Under the pieces are notes generated by a model. It was given only the letters and a program-made list of their open reading frames with translations. It was not told where the DNA came from and searched no databases. Positions 11,455 to 23,169 of a stretch of 64,000 nt of DNA are shown here, one piece after another. Origin of the DNA: Chiloscyllium plagiosum. Taxonomy: Eukaryota. Each line of letters starts with the position of its first letter. Position 1 is the stretch's first letter. Both the position numbers and the translations under genes were made by a program. The stretch covers positions 20,277,964 to 20,341,963 of the forward strand of contig NC_057750.1 of the NCBI RefSeq assembly GCF_004010195.1. The letters are read 5' to 3'.

Positions 11455-11636
11455 CTGCTGATTCTGTGCCGCCTGCATTTTGCCCTCTTGATCAGTTTCG
11501 TCGAGCTTGAGAACCTGGCTACCCACCGTGCTACATAAGCTGGACATGGCATTGGCGGTACTGGGTTGACTTAGGGATGACACTCGGTTGCCCTGGGTCC
11601 TCAGGGTCACAGTGATCGTGGTTGGAGGCTTCACAC
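11455..11636 (-). CDS. KANSL3: KANSL3 exon (GVKPPTTITVTLRTQGNRVSSLSQP...QAAQNQQ); alternatively reads through to the stop at 11398
   Basis: Matches human GLKVPTTITLTLRGQPSRITTLSP. Acceptor ttcccctccatgttctcag, phase 1 in. The 3' end is uncertain: either the donor CAG|gtgact at 11455 (phase 0) or the in-frame TAA at 11398-11400. Confidence 0.85.
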
Positions 11637-12561
11637 CTGAGAACATGGAGGGGAAATGAATTTGGGTCATAATGTTGGCCATGGCACAAAGGCTGCAGGA
11701 CAGAGCTGATTTCGTAGAATATTTACAAAAGCTAGGCACCGCCAGTCACTAACAAGTTCCCACCTACTTGGGATAAAAGGTCATGGATTCGTAGTCATAT
11801 TCCAGAGACTTCAGCCCATAATTCAGGCTGGCTTTCCTGGACAGCACTGTACCAGTAAAAAGCCACATGTCAATTAGATATAAAAAAAGACTGCCCCTAT
11901 CACATGATTTCCAAGAGAAGCCTGGAAGTCCTAGGTCAACATGAATGTAAAACAAGATGTTTCAAAACTCAGAGCTGAAACGTTAAGTTGGCTTCTCTCC
12001 CCACAAATGCTGCCTGACCTACTGAGGATTTTTGGCACTTTCTATTTTTATTTCAATAAAAAGCAGAGAGTCTGGTTCCAATCACCATTTGTTGTCTTCA
12101 CTCTCATATTTTATATGAGAGCTCATCGAATTTTGAATCAAGATGATACAATTAGCTGTTGCAATCCTACTCGGCTGCCTCCCAAAAACCCTTTCTCCAG
12201 TACACTGATAATTTAATCAAGGGACAGAGATTATGAAAATATAACTCATAGGTACTAAGTTAGCCTGGAGTTATTCTTTTTAAGAGCAGTAAGACTGAGC
12301 TATTTTTTGAGTCTGTAGATTGTTCAAGTGCAGAGATGGCCTTTAGTTGAGTAGTGTGCTCTTCCTGTCAGATGGGGGAGATTAGAAAGAGAGTTTCCAT
12401 GTTACTGATGATTATGTCTGCAGCAAGTGTCTTTGGTTGCCAATCCTATCAGATCACATGGATCAGCTGGAGCATCAGTTAGAGGCAATGAGGAATTTAC
12501 AGGAGCCATGTGGTGGGATGCATGGCACTTATAGGAAAAGAGAAAAACTGCAGATACAGTT

Positions 12562-13197
12562 TGTGATGATGCTCCTTTTTCAACAAGGTTATTCTGACCT
12601 TGTTTTTTTCTAAAAGGGGTCAGGCTCCGAAATGTCTGGAAATATCTACTTGAAACGGCTTTAAAGTTTTTTTCTGCAAGCACTTGCACAATGAAATGGG
12701 GAGTGGCCAGTTCTCCCAATTCACAAGGTTTGGTTTTAGCAAGCAGTCAGCTTGAACCTGCTGGTCAAGTTTGAGCTGGGGACCCAAAGAAACAGCTCCA
12801 TGCTGATCTCTGGCAGCTCTCACAACATTCCACAAACATCCCTTGGCAAAAAGGCAAATTGAAACACAGATTCTTGCACTAAGAAATCGGAACAGCTCTT
12901 TGTTAAGTTGCATTTTCGTGTTGGTTGGGTTTCAAGTAGTTACGGTATTAACGAGTTTTGAGAAGATTTGTAGCTCAGGTTGAGGTTCTGGATGTTGGTT
13001 AACAGGAGAACCGACATCCAGTTATGGTATTCTAAATTCAGTTTTCTTTTGTTTGTGTGTTTTTGTTTAAAACAGAGTTGTCTGACCTGCTGCATTCTTG
13101 CTGGAATATTCACCTTGCTTCTGCTGAAAACAACCAGAAAAATTAGGTTCTAGGCTACTTTCTTCAAATCTTTTGAGGGGGTCTGGCCTAGGCCACA
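12562..13197. mobile_element. Unclassified insertion (possible solo LTR) splitting CR1 ORF1
   Basis: Begins TGTG and ends CACA. CR1 ORF1 resumes on both sides (cagatacagt / agtcaggtagatggg). It carries a short Penelope-like end at about 12952-13000. Confidence 0.4.
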
Positions 13198-14117
13198 ATA
13201 AGTCAGGTAGATGGGTTACCTCCAGCAAAGGTGGGAGAGGGAGAAAGTACTGCTCATGTCTTCTGTGGCTATTGCCATCTCAAACAAGTATGCAGTTTTA
13301 GAAAATGTTAGGGAGGTGGGGTGATGGACTTTCAGGGGAATGTAGCGTGAACGGCCAAGTTTCTGGTACTGAGACTGGCTGTAAGGTAACAATGTACGTC
13401 AGGTTCCAAGTGACTGATTGTGTTAGAGGACTCTCTGGTCAGAGGCACAGACAGACGTTTCTGCAGCTGACAGCGAGAGATCAGAATGGTGTGTTGGCTC
13501 CCTGGAGGCAGGACCAAGGATATCTCAGACAGAGTGCAGAATATCCCAAAGGGGAGAGGGTCCAGGAACAAGGTTGTTGTACACATTGGAACTCGCAATA
13601 TAGGAAGGAAAAAGATTGAGATTCTGAGGAAGGAATATAGGAAATTAGGCAGGAATTTAAAAAGGTAATCGAGGGCAGTAATATCAGTCAGGGTAGGAAG
13701 AGGAGAATAGAGCAGATGAATGCGTGGCTGATGAGCTGGTGCTGGGTTCACATTTTAGGATCATTGGAATCTCTTCTGGGGTAAAAGTGTCCTGTTAAAG
13801 AAGGACAGATTGCATCTGAATTGGAAGGGGATTAATATACTGGCAGGGTGATTTGCAAGAGCTGCTCGGTAGGATTTAAACTAGTAAGATGATGAGGCTG
13901 GGATCCACCGAGAAAGTGAGGAAAGAGAGCAGTCCGAGACTGCTATGGTTGGGAAGAGGAGCAAGTCAAACAGTCAGGGCAGGCAGGAACAAAGCAGAGA
14001 TAGAGGTAGGACTGATAATTAAACTGCATTTATTTCAATGCAAGAGGCATAACAGGGAAGGCAGATGAACTCAGGGCATAGTTAGGAACATAGGTCTTGG
14101 ATATCATAGTAATTGCA

Positions 14118-14801
14118 AGGTTTGTAGCTCAGGTTTAGGGGGTAGGTTTGCTCGCTGAGCTGTAGGTTTGATATCCAGACGTTTCATTACCTGGCTAGGT
14201 AACATCATCAGTGGCGACCTCCAAGTGAAGCGAAGCTGTTGTCTCCTGCTTTCTATTTATATCTTTCTCCTGGATGGGGTTCGTGGTGATGTCATTTTCT
14301 GTTCGTTTTCTGAGGGGTTGATAGATGGCATCTGGATCTATGTGTTTGTTTATGGTGTTGTGGTTGGAGTGCCAGGCCTCTAGGAATTCTCTGGCATGTC
14401 TTTGCTTAGCCTGTCCCTGCCACAAAAAGACATGACCCTCTCTCTCTCGTAGCCCTACACACGGATGAAAAAAAACCCACCATTTCGACTGGGGCAACAC
14501 ATCTATCCTGGGACAGGCTAAGCAAAGACATGCCAGAGAATTCCTAGAGGCCTGGCACTCCAACCACAATGCCATAAACAAACGCATAGATCTAGATGCC
14601 ATCTATCAACCTCTTAGAAAAGGAACAGAAAATGACATCACCACAAACCCCACGAACCCCATCCAGGAGAAAGATATAAATAGAAAGCAGGAGACAACAG
14701 CTTCGCTTCACTTGGAGGTCACTACTGATGATGTTACCTAGCCAGGTAATGAAACGTCTGGCTATCAAACCTACAGCTCAGCGAGCAAACCTACACCCTA
14801 A
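14118..14801. mobile_element. Penelope-like element (family B) as an inverted pair of 3' ends, with a GIY-YIG C-terminal remnant and two hammerhead cores
   Basis: TSD atcatagtaatt(g/a)ca (14103-14117 and 14802-14816). Plus-strand peptide HFDWGNTSILGQAKQRHAREFLEAWHS is typical of the PLE endonuclease tail. About 300 bp near-identical inverted arms. Hammerhead cores at 14175-14214 (-) and 14722-14761 (+). Confidence 0.85.
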
Positions 14802-17800
14802 ATCATAGTAATTACAGAGACTTGGCTCAGGGATAGACAGCACTGGCAGCTTAATGTTCCAGGATGCAAATGCTACAGGAAGGATAGAAAGGGGAGCGGC
14901 GTTTTTTGACTTAGGATAACATCACAGCTGTACTTAGGGATGATATTCCTGGGAATATGTTCAGGGAAGTTATTTGGGTGGAACTGAGAAATAAGGTAGG
15001 GATGATCGCCTTACTGGGATTGTACTACAGAATCCCCCCCACCTTTCAATAGTCAGCGGGAAATTGAGTAACAAATTTGTAAAGCGATTTCAGTTATCTG
15101 CAAGAATACTAGGGTGCTTATGGTAGGGGATTTTAACTTTCCAAACATAGACTGGGACTGCCATAGTCATAAGGGTTTACATGGAGAGGAATTTGTTAAG
15201 TGCTTACAAGAAAACTTTCCAATTCAGAATGTAGTTGCACCTACTAGAGAAGGTGCAAACCTTGACATACTCTGGGGAAATAAGGCAGGGCAAGTGATTG
15301 AGGGGTCAGTGGGAACCTTTGGAGGCAGCAACCAAAGTTCTATTAGTTTTAAAATAGTGATGGAAAAGGATAGACCGGATCAAAAAGTTAAGCTTCTAAA
15401 TTGGAGGAAGAGCAATTTCGACGGTATTAGGCAACTACTTTCAAAAATTGATTGGGAGTGGATGAGCGCAGGAAAACGGATGGCTGGAAAAAGCAAAACC
15501 TTCAAAGCGGGATAACGAGAATACAGACAGTATGTTCCTGTTAATGTGAAAAGCAATGACTAATAGATGTAGGGAATGCTTGATGATGAGAGAAATTGAG
15601 GTTTTAGTTAAGAAAACGAAGGAAGCATGTGTCATCAATAGGCAGCAGAGATCGAGTGACTCCTCAGCAGAGTGTAAAGGCAGTAGCAGGAGACTCGAGA
15701 GAGAAATCAGGAGGGCAAAAAGGGGATATGAGATAGATTTGGCAAATGGGGTAAAGGAGAATACAAGGGGATTTTATGAATAGATTAAGGACAAAAGGGT
15801 AACTAGGGAGATAATAGGGCCCCTCAAAGATCAGCAAAGCAGCCCTATGTGTGGAACCACAGGAGATGGAGTACAGATGAAACGAGTATTGTGCATCACT
15901 GTTGACTGTGTAGAAGGACATGGAAAATACACAATGTGGGGAAATAGATGGTGACATCTTGAAAAATCAGCAAAATGCATAAATCCCAAGGCCTGATCAG
16001 GTATACCCTAGAACTCAGTGGGAAGCTAGGGAATTGATCGCTGGGCCCCTTGCTGAGATATTTGTATCATCAATAGTCAAAGGTGAGGTGCCAAAAGACT
16101 GGAGGGGAACTATCCATTGTTGAGCCGGACATTGGTGGTGGGCAGTTGGAGGTAATCCTGAGGGACAGGATTTAGATGGATTTGGAAAGGCAAGGACTGA
16201 TTAGGAATAGTCAACACAATTTTGTGCATGGGAAATCATGTCTCGCTAACTTGACTGAATTCGTTGAAGAAATAACGAAGAGGACTGATAAGGGTAGAGC
16301 GATGCTCGTGATCTACATGGACTGGTTCTGCATGGTAGATTGGTTAGCAAGGTTACAACACATGGAATACGGGGAGAACTAGCCATTTGGATACAGAACT
16401 GGCTTGAAGGTAGAAGACAGAGGATACTGATGGAGGGTTGCCTTTCAGACTGGAGGCCTGTGACCAGTGGTGTTTGACAAGGATCAGTGCGGGGTCCATT
16501 GCTTTTTGTCATTTACATAAATGATTTGGATGTGAACATAGGAGATATAGTTAATAAATTTGCAGACGACACTGAAATTGGAGTGGAGGCGGACAGTGAA
16601 GATGGTCACCTCAGAGTGGGCCAATGGGCTAAGGAATGGCAGATGGAATTTAATTTAGATAAATGAGAGATGCTGCATTTTGGAAAGGCAAATCAGGGTA
16701 GGACTTACACACTTCATGGTTAGGTGCTGGAGAGTATTGCTGAACAAAGAAACCTTGGAGTGCAGGTTCTTGGTTCCTCGGAAGTGGAGTTGCAGGTAGG
16801 TAGGGTAGTGAAGATGATGTTTGGCATGCTTTCCTTTAATGGTCAGAGCATTGAGTATAGGAGTTGGGAGGTCATGTTGTGGCTGTACAGGACATTGGTT
16901 ACGCCACTTTTGGAATACTGTGTGCAATTCTGGTCTCCTTCCTATCAGAAGGATGTTGTGAACCTTGAAAGGGTTCAGAAAAGATTTACAAGAATGTTGG
17001 CTGGGGTGCAGGGTTTGAACTATAAGGACAGGCTGAATACGCTGGGACTGTTTTCCCTGAAGCATCGGAGGCTGAGATGTGACCTTATAAGAGTTTTATA
17101 AAATCATAAGGGGCATGGGTAGAGTAAATAGACAAAGTCTTTTTCCCTGAGGTTGGGAAGTCTCGAACTAGAGGGCATAGGTTTAGGGTGAGAGGGGAAA
17201 GATTTAAAAGGGATCAAAGGGGCACCTTTTTCACACAGAGAGTGGTGCACGTATAGAATGAGCTGACAGAGGACGTGATGGAGGCTGGTACAATTACAGC
17301 ATTTAAAAGGCACCTCGATGGGTATATGAATAGGAAGGGCTTTGAGGGATATGGGCCGAATGCTGGCACGAGACTAGATTAATTTAGGATATCTGGTCGA
17401 CATGGATGAGCTGGACCAAAGGGTCTGTTTCCGTGCTGTACATCTCTACGACCCGCACCTTTATCAACTCCTCTGATGTTGCTGATGGATGCTGCAATTT
17501 CCTTCAGGTAAATATTAGGAAGATTCAAACAAGATTTTGTCCAGTTCCTGTTTTGAACAGTGTTCCCTAGATACTGATTTGAATGTTCAGCAACAATCAA
17601 CGGGTCTGTCTGTTCACATTCTTGTTGTCATATTTGACTCTGTGACAGACCTGTGATCTCATTTTTGCATCATCAGGACAAATGCTAGTGCCCACCTCCA
17701 GAACGCCAGCTGATTTGCTGCTCAAACCCTCACGTGTACCCTCAACGTATAACTGGACTCAACTATGCCGATCATGTGCCTCGCTGGTGTCTCTCAGTCC

Positions 17801-17859
17801 AACCTCCAAAAGACTGTCAGTCAAATCTATAATGATGTCTTAGATTGTAGATAACTCCT

Positions 17860-18175
17860 CTGCCCTACCACTTTTACTCACTAAGTGACATTGGCTCCAG
17901 TTCAATTAATATCTTGATGTTAAAATTCTCATTTTGTTTCCAAATCCACATAGGCTGCTCCCCATCCCAACTGTGCCATCTGTTGTGATTCTACAAATTC
18001 CCAAAATATCTGCGGTCCTTCAATTCCAGTCTCCTGACTGTCCCTGATTTCAATCGCTCCACCACTGTTGGATGTATCTTCAGTTTTCTCGATTCCTAGA
18101 ATTCCCTCCTCACACCTCTCTACTTCACTACCTTACCTCTCAACTTTGAGACCCTCCTGAAAATATAAATTTAAA
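17860..18175 (+). mobile_element. Old L2-type LINE 3' remnant
   Basis: Degenerate (L)HWLP...KIL...FQ..H...P motif (cattggctccag...taaaattctcatttt...ttccaaatccac) typical of L2 ORF2 C-termini. Confidence 0.45.
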
Positions 18176-18353
18176 CCATTGGCCATCTGTCTGAATATTT
18201 CCCTGTTAGTGTTAGTATCATTTTCAATTGTATGATGTTAAAGACACCAATCGAGTTATTGTTTGCAACATTTGATAATACAACAAAGATATTTTGTTCA
18301 CATTCAAGGTCAAAAGATAGAGAGGGGTGAGCTTCTATCGTTGCTCTCAGTAC

Positions 18354-18540
18354 CTGATAGGGTGGACGAGCTGCTTGTCAGTTTGGACAATCCTCCATTG
18401 CTCAGCAGGTGGTGGATAGTGGTAGATTTGTTGCTCCCGTTCCCACCCAGGAATCCCGGTGCAGGCGATGCGCGGACAACAGAATTTGCTGCCACAGTTA
18501 CATGGCCCAGGGTGGAGGTTGAACTCTTCACACTCGGAGC
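18354..18540 (-). CDS. KANSL3: KANSL3 exon, 187 nt (APSVKSSTSTLGHVTV...KSTTIHHLLSNGGLSKLTSSSSTLS)
   Basis: Matches human KPTAIHQLLTNGGLAKLASS. Acceptor gttcacag, donor CAG|gtactg, phase 0/1. Confidence 0.88.
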
Positions 18541-18769
18541 CTGTGAACGACATTTTTGCTGAAACACTAAGGCAGATACAGGGACCAATCGCATCAGGCA
18601 TGGCCAGAAAGGCTTGAAAACATGGTAGACCTGAGATGTTGAGTCCAAGTTACTGAGGAGGTGACTGCAGCCAATTCAATTTGCTAAGCACCATGGGCTA
18701 CCCCATTCAACTAGCTCCCTGTCTCCCAATCCTGGCTTGCTGCACACACATCACATCAGAGAAAGTGTT

Positions 18770-19300
18770 GTTCAGCTGTCTTCTTGAATTGCTGCAGTCC
18801 ATGCGCTGTCAGGAGGGAATTTGACGCATGACACTGAAAGAATGACGATGTACATCAAATTCAGGATGGTGAGGGGAATTTGCAAGGGTGGTGTTCCTAC
18901 AAATCTACTGCCAATGTCCTTCTCGATAACAATGTTTGTGCGTTTACAAGGTGCAGATCGAGGAGCCCTCGTCAATTTTTGCAAGTGCATCTCGTAGATG
19001 GTACACACTGCTGCTCCTCAGCATCAGCGGTGGGGTAAGTGGATACTGAAATGGGGGTTGGAGTTGTAAATTAGTGAGCTTGCTTTGTCTTGGATGGCGT
19101 GAAGCTTCCAAAGTGCTGTTGGAGATGTACTCAAACAGTAGGTGCAAAACTTTCCATCACAACCCTTTGTCTTGGCAAACTGGCTTTCGGAGCCATGTGG
19201 TCAGTTACTCACTACAGAATTCCTAGCTTCTGATCTGCTCCTGTAGCCACAGTGTTTCTATGGCCTGTCCAGTTCAACTTCTGATCAACGGTAACCCCCA
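18770..19300 (-). mobile_element. LINE 3' fragment of the second CR1/L2-like family
   Basis: Shares gcatctYgtagRtggtacacactgctgc with 42450-43105. Confidence 0.55.
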
Positions 19301-19759
19301 GGATATTAATCAATCATTCATTTTTTAACATTCCAAGAGTTGCATTAATTGTCAGTCTACAATAGACCCAGACTTCAACATGGACAGCACTGGGAACGTT
19401 AGGTGGAAAAAAACCTGTTCCTCCAAAACTCCATGCTCTCACCGCACATCATACATCCTCGATTCAAAATCTAATTTTTTTTTTAAAAATCAATTTTCAT
19501 TTGAGGGATTCAGTAACAATTGCTTCCATCATGACCTCTGGGGATTTTATTTCAGAGATTGATAATTTGCTCATTAAATCATTTTTTTTTTACAAATGCG
19601 TGTTATATTTACACCCCGCCTGGCTCTACAACCCTGGCTGAGGTGAAGTATCTGTTTGTGGGTGACATTATTATATTCGTTAGAATAAGCAACAATGCTT
19701 TCTCAAACCTTCTCTCTCTATATACGTTGGTTGAAAAGTACGATATGTAACAAATGTAC

Positions 19760-19857
19760 CTGGCTCGGGCTGGCAGATGACAGGCTAGAAGGTTTTGTTC
19801 CAATGTCCTGCAGACTGAAGCTCAATCCTTGGAGCAGGCTACTTGCTGACTGTGTCC
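19760..19857 (-). CDS. KANSL3: KANSL3 exon, 98 nt (GTQSASSLLQGLSFSLQDIGTKPSSLSSASPSQ)
   Basis: SASSLLQGLSFSLQDI is identical to the human motif as I recall it. Acceptor tgtgttcag, donor CAG|gtacat, phase 1/0. Confidence 0.93.
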
Positions 19858-19982
19858 CTGAACACAAACCAAAAGGTCACTTTTTTAAAAATTCTTTCAG
19901 CAGATGTGGGCATCACTGCCTAATCACAAGCCCAAGTACCCCCGAGATGGTACGAGCCTCAATGGCAGCAGTTTCTGGGTGT

Positions 19983-22020
19983 AACTGAGGACACGGTACA
20001 GAGGTTCATCCCAAAGAAAAGAAAGATTATTTGGGTGGGGCGGAGGGGGAAGGAATTAGACAGCCATGGCTGACAAAGGAAGTCAGGAAATGTATCACAG
20101 ATAAAGAGAGGGCCTATAAAGTGGCCTAGAGCACTGGGAAATCAGAAGATTGAGAAGACTGAGGATAACAAAGAGAGAAATAAGGAAGGAAAGGATCAAA
20201 TATGAAGGTAAGCTAGCCAGTAATATTAGAAATGGTGGTAACATTTTCTTTCAATACATAAGAAACAAACAAGAGGCAAAAGTAGAAATTGGGCCGCTCC
20301 AAATTGATGCAGGAAGGCTAGTGATGGGAGATAAGGAAATAGCTGAAGAACTTAATATGCCAACAATTAAGGAGAGTCAAGGACAGAGTTGAGCACGGTA
20401 GCCATTGCAAAAGAGAAAGTGCTAGAAAAGCTAAAAAGGTCCAAAAAATTTATAAATCTCCTGGCCCCGATGGGCTACATCTTAGAGTTCTGAGGAAGGT
20501 GGCCGAAGAAATATTGGAAGCATTGGTTGTAATCTTTCAAAAATCACTGGAGTCAGGGAAAGTCCCAGATGATTGGAAAATCGCTGTTGTAACCCCCTTG
20601 TTCAAGAAAGGATCAAGACTAAAGATGGAAAATTATAGGCCGATGAGGCTAACCTCGGTTGTAGGTAAAATTCTAGAATCCATCATTAAAGATGAAATTT
20701 CTAAATTCTTTAAAGTGTAGGGTCGGATTAGAACAAGTCAACACGGATTTAGTAAGGGGAGGTCATACCTGACAAACCTGTTACAATTCTTTGAAGAGGG
20801 AACAAGTTGGTTTGACCAGGGAAACCCAGTGCAAGTTATCTACCTAGACTTCCAAAAGGGCTTTGATAAGGTGCCTCACGGGAGCCTGCTAAGTAAGGTG
20901 AAGGTCCGTGGTGTTAGAGGTGAGCTATTGGCATGGATTGAGGATTGGCTGTCTGACAGAAGGCAGAGAGTTGGGATAAAAAGGTTCTTTTTTGGAATGG
21001 CAGCTAATGACAAGTGGGGTCCTGAGAGTTCAGTCCTGGGGCCGCAGCTGTTCACTTTATATATTAATGATCTGGATGAAGGGACTGGGGGCAGTCTGGC
21101 GAAGTTCACCAATGATACAAAGTTAGGTGGACAGGCAGGTAGTACTGAGGACGTGGGGAGGCTGCAGAAAGATTTAGACAGTTTAGGAGAGTGGTCCAAG
21201 AAATGGCTGATGAAATTAAACGTGAGCAACTGCAAGGTCTTGCACTTCGGAAAAAAGAATACAGGGATGGACTATTTTCTGAACGGTGAGAAAATTCATA
21301 AAGCCAAAGTACAAAGGGATCTGGGAGTGGTAGTCCAGGAATCTCTGAAGGTTGATCTGCAGGTTGAGTCTGTGGTCAAGAAAGCAAATGTAATGTTGTC
21401 ATTTATCTTGAGGGTTGGAATGTAAAAGCAGTGATGTGCTACTGAGGATTTATAAAGCCCTGATTAGACTCCATTTAGAATACTGTGCCCAGTTTTGCGC
21501 CCCAGACCTCAGCAAGGATACACTGGCACTGGAATGTATCCAGCAGAGATTCACACGGATGATGCCTGGAATGGTAGGTCTAACGTACGATGAATGGCTG
21601 AGGATCCTGGGATTGTATTCATTAGAGTTTAGAAGGTTGAGAGGAGATCTAATAGAAACTTACAAGATAATGCACGGCTTAGAAAGTGTGGACGCCGGGA
21701 ATTTGTTTCCGTCAGGTGGGGATACTCGGACCTGTGGGCACAGCCTTAGAATTAGAGGGGGTCAATTTAAAATGGAAATGAGGAGACATTTCTTCAAACA
21801 GCGAGTGGTGGGCCTGTGAATGCTTTGCCACGGAGTGCAGTGGAGGCCGGGATGTTACACGTCTTCAAGCAGAGATCGATAAATTCTTAATCTCGCAAGG
21901 AATTAAGGGATATGGGGAGAGTGCAGGCAAGTGGCGTTGAAATGCCCATCTGCCATGATTGAAGGCTGGAGTGGTATCGATGGGCTGAATGGCCTAACTT
22001 TCACTCCTGCGTTTTATGGC
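19983..22020 (+). mobile_element. CR1 LINE, 5'-truncated, ORF2 RT to 3' end
   Basis: WKIAVVTPLFKKG, NYRP, YLDFQKGFDKVPH, FTLYINDLDEG and HLEYCAQF. Confidence 0.9.
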
Positions 22021-22579
22021 CTCAGTTCTTGACTGCGACGCAAGTTTTGGTTTTGTTACACTCACAGGTGAGAAGGGCCGACAAACCACGTGAGAACAGT
22101 ACTGTTGTTTCAAAACAGTAGAAACGGAATCATAGCTGATACGGATCTGTTCCTGCCATCTTACGCTTAAATGCATTTTGGGAGCAGGAAGTAGCACTAT
22201 TACCCACTAAAGGCAAAGTTTAACCCTTTCTTTCCTCTTAGATCAGATGAGATTCAGGTTTCTTTCTAAATTGTTATTCACGCATGTATGGAAGGTGTAC
22301 ACTTGGAGAAAATGGCACACAGCTAAAATTTTATTGCAAGAACAAATGTTTTTCAGATAACCAGCTTCCAATCTCAAGTTACACATTGACTTGTCCCATC
22401 ACTGCCCAATCATATTTGCATAGATCACATTTCTCGCTTCTCAAAATCAAAATTCTCAGCATTTCTTCAGTTCTGTTAGCAATTTGTACCTTAGGATTAC
22501 CAATCCTCCTTCCACCAGAAACAGTTTCTCAGAATTTACTCAAAGCAAAGGTAACAAATTAAAGAGACTGTGTTCATAC

Positions 22580-22743
22580 CTGATGCTGTGTTCGGTGCAG
22601 AATGAGGTTGCTGTGAAGTACTGGAACCTGGTGGGGTGACCAGTCTGGCCTGGATAGTATGGAAGGCACTGGCTGTGGTGCTGACGGCTGGAGCAGGTGA
22701 GGTTATTGTACTCGGACAAGTGGAGAACACTTCCACATTCGAT
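22580..22743 (-). CDS. KANSL3: KANSL3 exon, 164 nt (SNVEVFSTCPS...SAFHTIQARLVTPPGSS...NTAS)
   Basis: Resembles human SALHTLQSRLVATSPGSS. Acceptor gttgcccag, donor CAG|gtatga, phase 2/1. Confidence 0.9.
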
Positions 22744-23169
22744 CTGGGCAACCGGACAAGAGAATGCAACGATGACATGATGGACAATAACGACATGTCT
22801 TAACCATAAATGTCTCAAAACACTGTCTACGCATGAAAGAGGCTTGACAGGGTATATATTGAAAGGATAGTCCCCATGCGCAAGGGATTGGACTCAGGGG
22901 ACGCAATTGAGCAAAAGGGCATGGTCCATTCACGATGAGAAATGTTTTTTCACCAAGAGATTCATAAGTTCAAGAAGTTCATTTCTCCACAGAACAATGG
23001 AGAAGGGGGTCACTGAATATGTTTAGCACAGAGGTTGATTGACTTCCATGTCTAAAGAATAGTGGAAGGAGGTAGGAAAGTATAGAGTCAAGACCACAAA
23101 AATGTCTGTCGTGGTCTTGATGAATGGCAGAGCAGACAAGGAGCCAAATGGCCAACTCCTGCTCGTAAT

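Larger units (their letters stand above)
12270..17452 (+). mobile_element. Near full-length but decayed CR1 LINE (ORF1 and ORF2) with nested insertions
   Basis: ORF1 has CSSC...CSKC and a coiled coil from about 12336, plus SGNH-esterase motifs VVVHIGT and DRLH (13480-13830). ORF2 has the APE endonuclease LNCIYFNARG (about 14020) and VGDFNFPNIDW, RT motifs (16200-17100) and a 3' UTR to about 17452. Many stops and frameshifts. Confidence 0.9.

Noticed and set aside
22066..22152. Possible 87-nt KANSL3 exon with a gtgagt donor
   Set aside because: The acceptor lacks a polypyrimidine tract. In the required phase 1 it hits TGA after 7 codons, and the flanking exons already join in phase. A poison exon cannot be excluded without RNA data.
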